Shown in pieces: positions 50,501 through 63,267 of a stretch of 64,000 nt of DNA. Origin of the DNA: Azolla caroliniana (lineage: Eukaryota; Plantae; Polypodiophyta); contig JBHGNT010000009.1 in assembly GCA_043228905.1 (NCBI GenBank), positions 9,362,001-9,426,000 on the forward strand, written 5' to 3'. Position numbers and translations under genes: made by a program. Position 1 is the stretch's first letter. Each line of letters opens with the position of its first letter. Below the pieces are notes generated by a model, which searched no databases, was not told where the DNA came from, and saw nothing but the letters and a program-made list of their open reading frames with translations.

Positions 50501-52760
50501 ATTTTGATCATACGTATAAAGATGATTAACAGACATTAAATTGTTTATCGTAGTCCCATGAATAAAAACTTTTTGGTTGTTATTTCCTTCAAAAGAAATA
50601 GTATGATTCAACCAATCGATATCAAGACCGTCTATTATAAAACCATATGTAACCATGAACTATATCTACCATTCGTAAACGCATTACATGAAAAGCCAAC
50701 TTTTCAGTGTAGTTATTTATTACTAGGGGTACACCATGTGCAATTAATGAATGCCTTTCGACATGGCCTCCCGCAGTAAGGACTTTGTAGTCGTGGTCAC
50801 TTTTGGTTGTTTTTATTCGTAACATATGCACCATATTAGAGTCAAGAAAATGATGAGTGCTACCATAGTCAAATAGTATAGCTACACTTTGATTGTGGAT
50901 AGATAAGTTTTTAAGTAAATTGTGTGGTCCAAGAATTTTTTTTGTAATGCAATAGAACTAACAGAATTTAAATAATTCAAGAACATACTTGGATTATTGG
51001 AAGTTGATGGCTTTTGTGAAGTCAATTTTTGCTCGTAAGAAAAGACCATGGCAAATACATCGGATGCTAAGGTGTATAGGAATAAAGCACAATATGAAAG
51101 GTTCAAGAGTTAAAAGGCGAATGAAATTGAAGGGATATGAAGTTAGAGGCGTTTCCAAAAGTAGAAAAAATAGAAAAAAAGAAGAAGAAGAAAACACATA
51201 AAAAAGGCAGAAAAAGCAAGGCAGAGAAAAAAGCTCATAACTTCTTCATCTCATATTGAATTTTCAAAAGAAAATATTTGTAAGAAACCTGACAAAGGGA
51301 GCTTTCTTGTATGACAAATTTGGATGACAAACCAGAAATAATGATATGAAAAAACACATCACACAAACTCGAGGATATATAGAAAGAAAAGAAAAGATAA
51401 AAGCAAGAATAACGCAACTAAAAACCTATAAATATGAGGGTAGTCTTAACAATTGGGGGAGACAAAGGGAAGAATAGAATATCTACAAGAAGAAGTGAGG
51501 AAGAATAAGAATATTAGAAGAAGTGAGAAGAAGATTAGTTGAAGAAAGAGAGAAGAAGGAAAAACTATTTTGGTTAATAGTATATTGAAGTAGTTATTTG
51601 GGGTTGTTACTTTTGGAGTCTAAGAGGATTGTATTTTTTTCCTAATAGTATATTGAAGTATTCTTTTCTCTTCCTCTTCTCTTCTCTATCTTTTTTCTTT
51701 CTCTCATCATCAGCTTTCTTTGCGGATTGTTGGAGTTACCGCTCTCCTTTCTCTGCCTACACTCATTGGCTTTATGCCCAAACTTCTTACAAAAGTTGAA
51801 GATTATTACTCGCATTTTCGGATTGTCGCTTTGACCTATCGGAGAAGGTTGGTATCTACGTTTACCGCTTTCTCCTTTCGACTCTTTTGGTTGGTAACGA
51901 GCTTTTGTGTCAAATAGAATGCGTGCACGTTGCATCGCTTCTCCCAAAGTCTTAGGTTGATGAGCGTGGATCTCATAATGAAAATCTTTATGATGGAAAC
52001 TATTAATATATAATCCTATCAATATTTCCTCATTAGAAGCCGACAAAAGTCCATGCTTTGTTATCAAGTCGCGGAAATAGTGATTGAATTGGTCAATAGT
52101 CCTGCCCTTATCAGACAAGTGACACATATCTTGTATCACTTGAGAAGTTGTCTTGGGACGGACAAATTCCATCCTGAGAGTCTTTTCAAATGCCTCCCAC
52201 GTTCTTGGTTTTCTATCCAACCGCTCCCACCAAGATTTTGTGGCAACGATCATCTCACGAACCTCCATATCGATCTTTTCAAAGTCATTCTAAATATTCT
52301 CCAGGAGAAAGTGAGCATTCCATCGGTTTATCCACTTGCTCACAAACTCGTGGTTGCGTTGCTTATCCCTTCCCGAGAACTGTTGAGGAGTAAATGAAGG
52401 CTTCTTTGTATTGCTTGATGTGGAAGTGTGTGCCTTTAACTCCAAAATTTGTAACTGTTGAAGGTTTTCAAACTGATGCCTATTGGCATCAAGAAGCCCT
52501 TCAAGTTTGGAGGAGAACGCATTTGTGACCATTGTCATTGACTTGACAATATCGTCTTGCATTTTACGGAAATCATCCCTTGTGACGAATTCAATATCGT
52601 CATTAATATCCTCGTCTTGGACTGGAGATATTGGTTGGTCGTCCTCATCTTGCATCGGAGAAATTGGATGACCTTGACGGGTGGGAGATGTGGGATGTGT
52701 CAAAAAACTTCGATGCTTGGGAGATGTGTGATGTGCAAAATTGTGAGAGGAGGAAGCCAT
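47561..52760 (-). pseudogene. gag-pol: Gypsy D gag-pol with many frameshifts and stops
   Basis: gag 52760-51642, protease about 50600-50900, RT-RH-IN 48092-50350 (VIFLDDIM, ETDA, SMDF), chromodomain 47561-47800. Confidence 0.9.
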
Positions 52761-53969
52761 GAAAAATAAGGAGAGTTGAGAGAGTAAAGAAATAAGTATA
52801 CTAAAGTCTAAAGTACCAAAGTGTTATAAAAGACTTTAGAATTTGGATGAGGAAGTGAAGAGTGATAGATCATGAGACAATGGGTATACTTATATACCCA
52901 ATTTTCTTAAGTCGATGAGTAATAAAGATTCCCTTAGATATGTCCAATTTAGGCATTTATCCCCTTTTGATCTATAGGGATTCCTAGATTAGACATTAGG
53001 AGCAATACCTTCCCTTGTAGGAAGTCGATGAGGAATAGTTGGTCACCACCTCTCTAAGGTTAATCTCTTGAATGCTTCCAAACTAGGAAATTCTCCCTTT
53101 TTAGTTATGAGAGAGAATTCCTAGTCTAGATATTAGAGATAAACATCCCCTTTTTCGAAGTCAGTGGGGATAGTAGGTGACTTCCTTGAGAATCACTGTA
53201 CTAACCAAACGATGATGATGATCATCCTAATAATGATCATCTCTTCACTCATCATCCCAATATTCCTCTTGAGAATCACTGTACTAACCAAATAATGATG
53301 GTCATCCCAATAATGAGGATGATCATCCCAATATTCCTCTTGTCCATCTCATACTCATGATCCCCTCTCAAACATTAATTTCTTCTCTTATCTCTCTCCT
53401 TCGTATCGATTAATAAATGATGATGATCTTATCCATATAATTATATTATCATCCTTATAATCAACTATATAACCATCCATATAATCCATCCATAAACACT
53501 AATGATCTATGGTTTATCCATTCATCATTGCGTAATTAACACACACCCTGGTGATGGATGATTGTGGCCATTCAAATAAACCTTAGGGTCGATGATCAAT
53601 TGATTATCGTCATTCAATGATCATGACCCTAGTTCTTTTGGTCAATAATAAAATTGATTAACAATGAACATTATCCATATATATGATGATCATCAATTAA
53701 TTCATCGAAAATTAGATGATCCAACATCACCTATAGTATATTAGGTGGCTGACCTCTAGAGATGCGATCTCCACATGTAAGGCCGCCTCATGGGCATGGC
53801 CATCAGATCAAGAGGGGTATACAAAAAATAAAATATAAGTATATTTAAGGTGCTTTTATTTTAATAAATATATATTAAATATCTAAACATAAAACAATTA
53901 CATAATAATAATAACAATAATTTTATAAAAACTTCTTTTTTTAACCCCTTAAATTTTTTTGTGCATCAG

Positions 53970-54024
53970 TGGATCGAACTCAAAGCCTTTTCTTTTAAGG
54001 TTATAACAAGAATCCATTAACCAA
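53970..54024 (-). promoter_or_regulatory. tRNA-like A/B-box module in the Gypsy D 5' UTR (sense)
   Basis: Minus strand: TTGGTTAATGG, 33 nt, AGTTCGATCCA. Confidence 0.4.
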
Positions 54025-54729
54025 CCCATCACACAAATCTTGTTATAATAAGGTCTATTTCAAAACCTTAATATATTTACCTTCGTGGCGTTTTCGACAC
54101 TTCCCCAATCCATTATTAAACATACATTAGTACGTAAAAAATATATTATATTTTCCTGTACTAAGGCACACAACGCGAATCCAATCAAACATTATATTTT
54201 TCGGATTAAAACCGCTCTGATACCATATGTAATAACCAAGATCATTAATCCTAAAATAAAGACATAAGTGACACAATCATACTGAAAATACGTGTTACCA
54301 CCCATCTGCCCCCGCGCCAGAGTCGACAACATAGACGAGGAATCCCCATCTCTCCCATACCAGCCATGATCTCCACGCCAGGACCTTCATAGATGACTAG
54401 TCCACATCAGAGAGAGCTTCGTTAGAAACACTCATGGGGCTCCCCCTGACTAAGGAGAGTATCCCCTATTTATAGGACCTAGGCTATGTAATGACATCTA
54501 CCTGACCAATCATGTGTGGGGTACCCAATGACATACATTAGGTCAGTCCAATAAAGCCGACGACTCAGATATTACAATATGATAACCCCCAAATAAGCAT
54601 GTCTAAACCAATGAACATTACATATACACTATGGAGAAACCTGTAATATGAAATAAGATGTACAGGTTATACAAAGAGAAATTTGAGTAGATCGGCTTGT
54701 AGCCGAATCAATAATGACCAAGAGGAAAC

Positions 54730-55608
54730 AATGACCCCAGTATAGAAGTCGAAGGTGAGGGACTTGTTGGTGTTCAAAGATCTCTGGCTGCCGATATAGT
54801 TTAGGGTTTAGGGTTCAAGACCATACAAGATAGATGCTTCGACTTGCGAGGTAATGCACATGAAGACAACAATCTACATCCGATGCTTCATCGACATGAG
54901 CTTGTACAACAAATTCAATGAGGAGAAGAAGGCTCACGAACTCTTGGAGAAGATAGGCATCATGTTTTAGAACAAGAATGTTGTAAATCGAGTCTCAGTA
55001 TTTCGAAAGTTGGTGAGACTCAGATATCAAGACGACTTCAATATGGCGGAGCACATGAATGCCTTCCAGGGGCTTATAAATCAAACAACCTCGTTGGAGA
55101 TACCTCTAGCCGATGAGGTACTTGCTTTGTTGCTGCTTGGTTCCCTGTTGGATAGTTGGGAGACGTTAGTTGTAACTTTGGGCAACTCTGGGGTGGAAGG
55201 GAAACGTCTATCCCTAGCAAAGGTAAAATTAAGCTTGCTGGACGAAGAGGATCGTCGGAAAGAGAAGGAAGTGATCTACGACCCAAAAGCCCAGTTTATC
55301 AAAACCGACGCACAATGAGAAAGAGGCCGGAATCAGAGTTCCCAAAACCGGGACAAATCGGGGACAAGGTCGAAGTCAAGGGGGAGGCCTACGTGCTTAT
55401 ATTGTGGGAAGTCAAGACACTTCCAGAAGAATTGCCGACACTTCCCGAAGGAGAAAGGAGGAGGTGACAATGTCGACTTGAAGAAGGGTCTGGATTGGAA
55501 GAGTTCAGATCGGAGAAGGCCATCTACAATAACAAGTGAAGAAGAACTACTACTTATTACCGAGGATAGCGAGCTACACCTTGTAAGCAATGAAACAACG
55601 TGGGTGGT
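54730..55608 (+). pseudogene. gag: Tnt1/Tork-like Copia gag up to the start of protease
   Basis: AEHMNAFQGLINQ...LLLLGSLLDSWETLVVTL, CLYCGKSRHFQKNC, and NETTWVV cut by the LTR at 55609. Confidence 0.85.
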
Positions 55609-58600
55609 TGTTGAGTGGGCAAGCTCAACCGGATCCGGATCGGCTGAACAAGCCAGAGCCAGATCGGAGTACGGAATGAAGAACCGGACCTGTGTTCAGA
55701 TGGTATACGGAACCAAGAGCTGGATCACAGAGGCGGATCGAATCGTAACCGGTAGGCCATCAAAGGTCTACAATCTTGGCCTAGTACGTAGGCAGATTCC
55801 TTGGAGTTAGTGTCAATCGCTCGTATGAGCATTGAAGTACTTGTCAGTACTTTTGTTAGACTATGTAACCTTGGACTTTGTAAGGTTTGCATTAAAACAT
55901 GTCTCTGTTTTCTGTTGCTATCCGGATAAACCGGTTTGTGAAAGCTTCTGCATATTAACTTTGACATGGCATCAAAGCGTGAGGGTTGAAAACCTCTGTT
56001 GCTGACAAGCGTTCTTTTTCTCTGAAGTCAAACCCTAACCACTGGTAAAAGAACATATCGAAAATAGAAGGTATGGATAGAAGCATGGCGAGCTCGCTTC
56101 CAACAGAAAAGCTTGACCGGAGCAATTACGCGCCCTGGTCGTATAAGATGCACCAGTACCTACTAGGGCACAGGTACTGGAGCTACGTGGAAGGAGCAAA
56201 TGAAGCAACGCCGGATTTGGCACACAAGGATTTCCCAGTTTGGGAGCAAGGAGCGAGCAGAGTGTTGTACTGCCTCACGTCCTATGTGCATGACCATATG
56301 CTTGCCTACATCAAGGATGCAAAAACGTCGAAATAGGCCTGGGAAAATCTTTGGAAGATTTTCGCCACAAGTACTATGGCTCAAAAGTTGCAACTCTGGC
56401 AAGAGCTCAACAATATCTAGCAACGGGACATGTGGGTTACCGACTACACCACCTAGATAAAGGAGATTTGTGACGCGCTTGGTTCCATCAACGTGATGGT
56501 GGACGAGGACGAGATGGTCCAAATCTGCCTCGGTGGTCTAGCACAACGATACAGGCCAATTCAGATAACGATTTGCACTCGAGAGAAACCACCGTCCTTC
56601 TTCGACCTGCAATCGATGCTAATGGTCGAAGAAAACCACGCGAGTGGGTCGAGGAACACTCAATCGGATAGCCAGATGCTCTACACGGAGGCAGATCGGC
56701 CCCTTGGACGTGGAGGACGAGGTGGGTCAACACATGGGGGAAGCGGCCGACAAGAGCAAAACAGTAGTTCTGGACCCTCCACAAGTAGGGGGAGTCAAAG
56801 CGGCATCGGAAACTGGCAATTAAAGGCTGACACGGAATGTTGGTATTGTGGCAAAGAAGGTCACCAGGAAAGTGAGTGCTGGAAGAAGCATGTTGATTCA
56901 GATAAATCCGGATCCGGCAAGGCCGGACATGGAAACTAGCAACGCTCGCACTATGTTGAAGGATCAGAAGGATCCGGAACCGGTAGAACCGGAAATGGGC
57001 CAACCTTTGTGATGAAAAACAAGGCGAACTCAATGAAGAAGACCACTTCCGGATCAGAGGAAGTGTGGTATGTTGATTCGGAGCGTCTAACCACATGACG
57101 AGCCACGAATTCTCATTTTTGGAAAAACTGGAGCAACCGGGAGTTGTCGAAACCGGAGACGACACTCCTCACCCAATTGTACATGTCGGAGAAGTTCCTT
57201 TAAGCCATGTTGGACAAAAGCGAAAGCTGATGAACGTACGACATGTTCTAACAATCACAATGTCGGTCGGCCAGATCACCGACCAAGGGATGAAGGTGCG
57301 ATTTACAAACCTCGGGTGCTTCATTGAGGAAGAGGGCCGGCTCATTGCGCAAGGGCGCCGGGACGGGAGGATGTTCATCCTTGACACCAAAGACGTAGGC
57401 ACCGCCTTGTTCACCAGAGGACAGAAAGTCGACTCTAACATCAACCTATCGCACAAGCGGATCAACCACGTCAATTACTAGAGGATTCAAGACCTACAAT
57501 CGAAACAAATTGTTTTCAAATTACCAAAATTTAGTGGCCGGAAGGCCCAAATATGTGAAGCTTGCCAATTCCGGAAGAAACACCGGCTTCCATTCCCCAC
57601 CGAAAGAAACCAGAGCCATAACAAGCTTGATCTAATATATTTGGATGTATGCGGACTGGCACAAAACGTTAGTCTTGGTGGGAGCCGATATTTCATCTCC
57701 TTCATTGACGATTACAACTGGCACACATGGATCTACCTCCTCGAGAAGAAAAGTGACATTTTTGATTGCTTTGGGAACTTGCAAAGTTTAGTTGAATGGG
57801 AAACAGAGAGGAAGATCAAGTGCCTGGGTCGGATGACGGAAAAGAATACTTCTCCGGCCAATTCAACAGTTATCTACAAAAGATGGGAATTCAGAGAGAA
57901 TTTAGTTGCAGGTACACACCAGAACAAAACAATGTGGCCAAAAGAAAGAATCGGTCAATCGTAGATGCGGCACGGGCAATGCTGCAGAAAAAGAGCATGC
58001 CCAAGTCCTACTGGGTCAAAGTGGTCCGGACGGCCGTCTACAACCGACTCTTCCTTGTTCATTCGGCAAGGTTAGAACAGGCCGGTAAATATTTTCCTTT
58101 ATGTTGATGATTTAGTCATCGTCATCGTCGACCTAGACAAAATCGACCACGTCAAGTCTGAACTCGCGGGATCGTTTGACATGAAGTATCTTGGGGACCT
58201 TCATTACTTCCTTGGGATTGAAGTGATTCGCGCCACGGACGGCATACTGATTAGTCAACGCCACTATGTGTTGAGTATGCTCTTCAAATTCGGTATGACG
58301 GAATGCAAATCCATCTCAACTCCTCTGGATAGGAATGTGGAGCTCCGCCCCGACTCTGGAATGGCATGCGACCCAACAAGGTTCCGACAAATAGTTGAAA
58401 GCCTCATATATTGGACCATCACCCGGCCGGACCTCAGTTATCCTGTCAGACTGATTAGTTAATTTATGGCGCATCCAACTGTGGATCACCTTAAGTGTGT
58501 ACACCGAATACTCAGGTACATCAATGGCACTAAGGACAGGGGGTTGCTATATCAGACCGGTGTAGCCGGACAACTTGTCGACTACACGGATGCTCATTGG

Positions 58601-60110
58601 GCTGGAAATGTCAGTGACCGTAGGTCTACACCCGGATATGTGTTTTCAGTTGGAAACATCGCGGTCGCCTGGAGCAGTAAGAAGCAGCTGATAGTAGCAC
58701 TGTCAAGCACCGAGGAGCGGTTGTCGCGACATACGAAGTCGTATGGCTCAAGAGGCTATTACGACAATGACGATCTACTGTGACAACCTCAGCAACATCC
58801 AGCTGGCGAAGAACCCTGTTTTTTACGCCCAGACCAAGCACATTCAGGTGCACTACCATTTTTTCCGTAAGCGTGTCAAACTTGTGTACATTCCGACGGA
58901 TCGATAGACTGTCAACATCTTCACCAAACCTATTGGCCTGGACAAGTTGCAGCATTTTTCGGAGATGCTTGGTCTTCATAATCTCGACATGCCACACTTG
59001 AGGGGGAGAAAAGAGGAGGAAACCGGAACGGGAACTAGAAACAAAGGTAAAGGCACCGGACAAGCAACCGAAGAGAAGGAAACAACCGAAGCATGGGGAG
59101 ACAAGAAGAAAAAGGAAGCCGAGTCGTTTGAAGAAATCGGCACATCCGATAAAGTCAGAACAAGCGGCGATGGTGGTAGAGTCAAGAAGGACAGAGTCGA
59201 CCAAACAAGAAGGCCAAGACCCGGACGTGGTCCGACGTGGTGAAAGGCTTGAAGTTTGAAGAAGAATTAGAGACATCCAATTCAGACAAGAGCTGGAACG
59301 AATTGGGGGGAACCGATTCAGAAGAGGAGTTCGATTTGGAGGAGCCGAATCAACAAAAGGACAAACAGACGAGGAAGTAGTGGAAGTCGACACCGACACA
59401 GAGGGACCAACGTGTTGAGAAGCACCGAAGTCGCAACAACGAAGGAGCTGAGAAGGGCCTTATGAGCAAGCAAGCCGATCGAGAAGGTCTAGGTCCGCGG
59501 CATCGAACGAATAGTTGGAAGCGGAACCGGACGGGTCAAGGATCGCGAGGAAGGCGGGAAGACGCCAAGAGGAGCTAGAGGAGAGGACCGGTGGACACAC
59601 ATAGCGATCCAACCTCAAGTTGAGCTTGAGGGGGAGTGTTGAGTGGGAAAGCTCAACCAGATCCGGATCGGTTGAATAAGCCAAAGCCGGATCGGTATCC
59701 AGAACGGAGAACTGGATAGGTACCCGGATCGGTGTCTGGATATATCGGTATCCAGAACCTAGAGCTAGAGCGAGGAACCAGACCGTACTCTGGAATAGTG
59801 AGAACCGGTAGTCCGTTGGAGCTTACTGTTCGAGCCTAGTACGTAGGCATATTCCTTGGAGTTAGTGTCAGTCACTCATAGGAGCATTGAAGCACATGTC
59901 AGTACTTTTGTCAGTCCTTTTAAGGACTTGTATAAAAAGTGCTTTGTAGGACATCTTGTATGTACAGAGTGTTATTATTTTGAATTGAGTATACTGTTCT
60001 ACTCTCTTTGTCTCTCCCGTGTATTCAAGCTTTCCATTAAACTTCCATTTTGTGTTATGTTGTTATCTGAACTAGCCGGTTTTGTCTTAGCTTCCGCACA
60101 TTATCTTACA
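55609..60110 (+). mobile_element. Copia E (Copia B-related), internally deleted, with non-matching LTRs
   Basis: LTRs 55609-55966 and 59637-60110, PBS TGGCATCAAAGC at 55967, PPT at 59628-59636. No TSD (GTGGT versus AGGCT). Integrase joined to mid-RT at about 58040. Confidence 0.88.
56085..59000 (+). pseudogene. gag-pol: Copia E gag-pol remnants
   Basis: MASSLPTEKLDRSNYAPWSYKM, CWYCGKEGHQESEC, integrase core, KYLGDLHYFLGIEV, YTDAHWAG; collinear with Copia B. Confidence 0.88.
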
Positions 60111-60525
60111 AGGCTAGGAACTCTAGAAGCTATGGCGACAAGACTATGAACATAGGAAGCTAGGGTTAACTAGAGAGCATGAAGACAAATATGAAGATGA
60201 CAGAGACAATATGGCATGAAATGAGAATACTAGATTTATGTGTTAATGATTGGTGTTGAATCCCTTGAAAGGGACCAAGGAGGTTACAAGTTGAAGTACA
60301 TGCATTAGAATATTCTAAAGAATATTTTGGAGAATATTCTAGAATCCTCTAGAACCTTCTAGGTCTAGAATTTTCTAAAAACTCCTAGAACTTGAATAGA
60401 TAATCGACAAAGATATACATAACATGACCATGTATTTGGATGTGTTTGTTACAACATAACACTTGACTATAATACAAGAGGTCAAGAGTTTAAATATTGA
60501 CATAATTGTTGTCATGTCTGTGACA
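60111..60525 (-). repeat. Truncated Tcn1-like LTR (3' LTR of a minus-strand element)
   Basis: Minus-strand start TGTCACAGACATG resembles the LTRs at 35114 and 32592. It has a TTCTAGAA cluster as in the Gypsy C LTR and an adjacent purine tract. Confidence 0.6.
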
Positions 60526-60559
60526 TTATCCTACCCTTTATGGACACCAACACCAACAG

Positions 60560-60920
60560 ACATGAGTGATCATGTGTGGTCCTCACCGGAGACTAGGTGA
60601 ACGACCATGTGCGGTCCTCACCGGATATTGGAACACCGACGGGCATGAGCGACGATGTGTGGTCGTCACTGGAGACTGGAACATCGACGAATGTGAGCGA
60701 CCATGCGGTCCTCAACGGGAATTGGAACACGAACAGGGATGAGCAACCAAGCAGTCCTCACCAAGAACTAGAACACGAACAGGAGTAAGTGACCATGCGG
60801 TCCTCACGGTGAGGACTGGAACACGAACGGGTGTGAGTGACCATGCGGTCCTCAATGAGAACTGGAACACGAACGGGCATGAGCGACCATGTGTTGTCCT
60901 CACTAGGAACGGAACAACAA
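60560..60920. repeat. About 47-bp tandem repeat, 8 copies
   Basis: GTGAGCGACCATGCGGTCCTCA....GAACTGGAACACGAACGGG variants. Confidence 0.9.
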
Positions 60921-61961
60921 CAAACGAAGGAGTACAAGTGAAGCGGTCGACTCAACTTCTTCTATCATGAAAGGGTAATTAGTTGAGGTGAACCCAAAAC
61001 ACAGCACAAATGGTAGTGCTAGCTAGAAACCGACGTGATCCCCACCAGGAAAGTGAGCGTTGTGACGCCCACTAGAACTAGAATGTGAGCGATCAAAATC
61101 AATCCTCATTAAAGGAAAGTGAACCAAAATGTGGAACAAAATGAAATTGGAGTCCAAGCGAGCAATGATTTGATCCCCACCAGGAAAGTGAGCGGTTGTA
61201 ACCCCCACTAAAACTATGAAGGTGAGCAATCGAAATCAATCCTTGCCAAAATCGTGAAGCAAAATGATACCTATAGATGATGACAATGACAATGAAGAGG
61301 GTGGAACAATGATGATAATCAAAGACCACGCAAGGTAGTGTTGGTGACGATGAAGGTTGGGCAAAGTAGTGTTTGAGGAAGATAACAAGAGGTGCTTAAA
61401 ATGATCATGTCGAAGACAAGGCAACAAAGACGATGATGATGAGGAAGCGTCTCTAGAAAGAACGATTGTGACTATGGTGACAACGATGTCTCTAAAAGCA
61501 AGAACAGTGACGATGGTAACTCTAGAAGCATCGAAGATGGGTGATGCTTCCTATAGAACCTGTTTGGTTTGATGAACCGGGTCATCCGGAAGAAGCGGCA
61601 TAATCGACTATCGACTCCTTTCCTTTCCTTTCCTTTCCTCAGGGACCCACCTTTTGAGCCATTCCTTCCATTTCTGTTGTTTTCAGGGCAAAGCGCAGCA
61701 GCGATCAAGTACTACGGAGAAGATGGCACGGCCGCAAAATCTCTTTATTCCCTCACCCGCTCATTCTCATCTCATTACTAATTACTACAGTAACTCTGGT
61801 AGTGAAATAAGTAACAACAGCTTTTTACCTAATTGATGAAGCGCAATATAGCGCAGGAGGCTAGGAGACTATAGGCCTTTATTCATGCAGGAGTATAGAA
61901 TATGAAAAGGTATGTTTCTATACTTGGTTGTTTGCCTGACCATAGTGCATGTGGCACTTCA

Positions 61962-62790
61962 TGTTAGGAAACAGGTCTCTCCGGATGGGAAGTGAGAAGA
62001 ACAGTGTTGATGAGCAAACTCGGCCGAGGCCGAACCCGGATGTGGAGTACTCGGCAACGGAAGACCCGGTGAGAATCGGATGTGGAGTACCCGGCAATGG
62101 AAGACCCCGTGAGAACCGGATGACAAGTACCCGACAACGGAAGACCCGATGAGAACCGGATGACGAGTACCCGGCAACGGAAGACCCGGTGAGAACCGGA
62201 TGACGAGTACCCGGCAACGAAAGACCCGGTGAGAACCGGATGACGAGTACCCGGCAACAAAAGGAACCGGATGACGAGTTCCCGGCAAGACCCGGATGAT
62301 GCAAGCCCAGTGAGGAGTGCTCACCGGATGAAGGGACATATTCGTAAATATGTTTCTGAGAGTCCATTGGGGCTATATTTGTAAATAGCCAAAAAGTCAT
62401 ATTAGTATAAATATGACTTAGGGCAAACTTAGTGCAATAGTAGTTGTCATACTTGTTGGTGCAAGATTTGAGTGCAACTGTGTACAGAGAGAGAGAGAGT
62501 GTGTGAGTGAGAGACGAAGAGGACGTTGTCTCTGTTGTAACCGCCGCCTGTGGCGAAGACAGTGAACAAGAGGTCGTTGCCTCTGTGTTCATTCATTGTA
62601 TATTGTAACATAGTGATAGTTTGCAGTTTGTGGACTGTCGTGGTTTTTTTTCCCATGTTTGGGTTTTCCACGTAAAAATCTTGTGTACTCTTCTCTTTAC
62701 TGTGTATTGTGTACATTACCCGTTTTCTGTGTTTGATCCTAGACTCGGTTGTGGCCGAGCGTTGTCTTTCGGGAGCGTGTAGTCCTCACA
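61962..62790 (+). mobile_element. Solo LTR (829 bp) containing a 40-bp tandem array
   Basis: TGTTAGG...CCTCACA; TSD CTTCA (61957-61961/62791-62795); TATAAATA at about 62407. Confidence 0.9.
62031..62300. repeat. 40-bp tandem repeat, about 6.5 copies
   Basis: GAGAACCGGATGACGAGTACCCGGCAACGGAAGACCCGGT variants at 62071, 62111, 62151, 62191 and 62231. Confidence 0.95.
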
Positions 62791-63267
62791 CTTCAAGCCT
62801 GATTGCTCTTGACGGCGCCAAATTTATCACGTATATTGCCGTCTACAATGCCTCGGCCTAGAATTCCAACTTCAATCCGACTTGCTGGAGCATTGTGGTC
62901 ACCCTCTCCTGGATCATTCGGTTGATCCGTTAAGCCACCCCATTCTGCATGGGTGTGTAAGGAACGGTCTTTTGACGCCGGATCCCTTTTTCGGACACGT
63001 ATTGTTTGAAGGCTCTGGAGGTGTACTCACCTCCGTTGTCGGATCAGAGTGTCTTCACTCTGTGTCCCGACCGGTTCTCCACTTCAGATATCCATCGAGT
63101 GCAGACCTCGAGCGCTTCATCTTTGGACTTGATGGAGTATGCCCAAACTTTTCGTGTACAGTCATTAACGAATGCGATGAAGTATCGGGAGCCTCCTAGT
63201 GATCGCTTTGGCATGGGCCCACATATGTCTGTGTGCACGAGCTCTAGGGGTTGTCGTACCGTCTCGT

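Larger units (their letters stand above)
47150..54622 (-). mobile_element. Decayed Ty3/Gypsy chromovirus (Gypsy D), related to G1
   Basis: 395-bp LTRs (47150-47544, 54228-54622) visibly diverged, TSD TATAT/TATAC, PBS at 54214-54225, PPT at 47547-47558. Pol ends [10 protein letters not shown] as in G1. Confidence 0.93.

Noticed and set aside
50900-51700. Extra ORF or env-like gene between gag and protease of Gypsy D
   Set aside because: AG-rich low complexity, with only short compositional ORFs and no boundaries identified.
54800-54813. TTTAGGG x2 as an interstitial telomere
   Set aside because: Only two units, and similar telo-box-like motifs are scattered elsewhere (26213, 26237, 63679).
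61918-62592. 224-aa minus-strand ORF and overlapping ORFs
   Set aside because: Produced by the stop-poor 40-bp tandem repeat inside a solo LTR.
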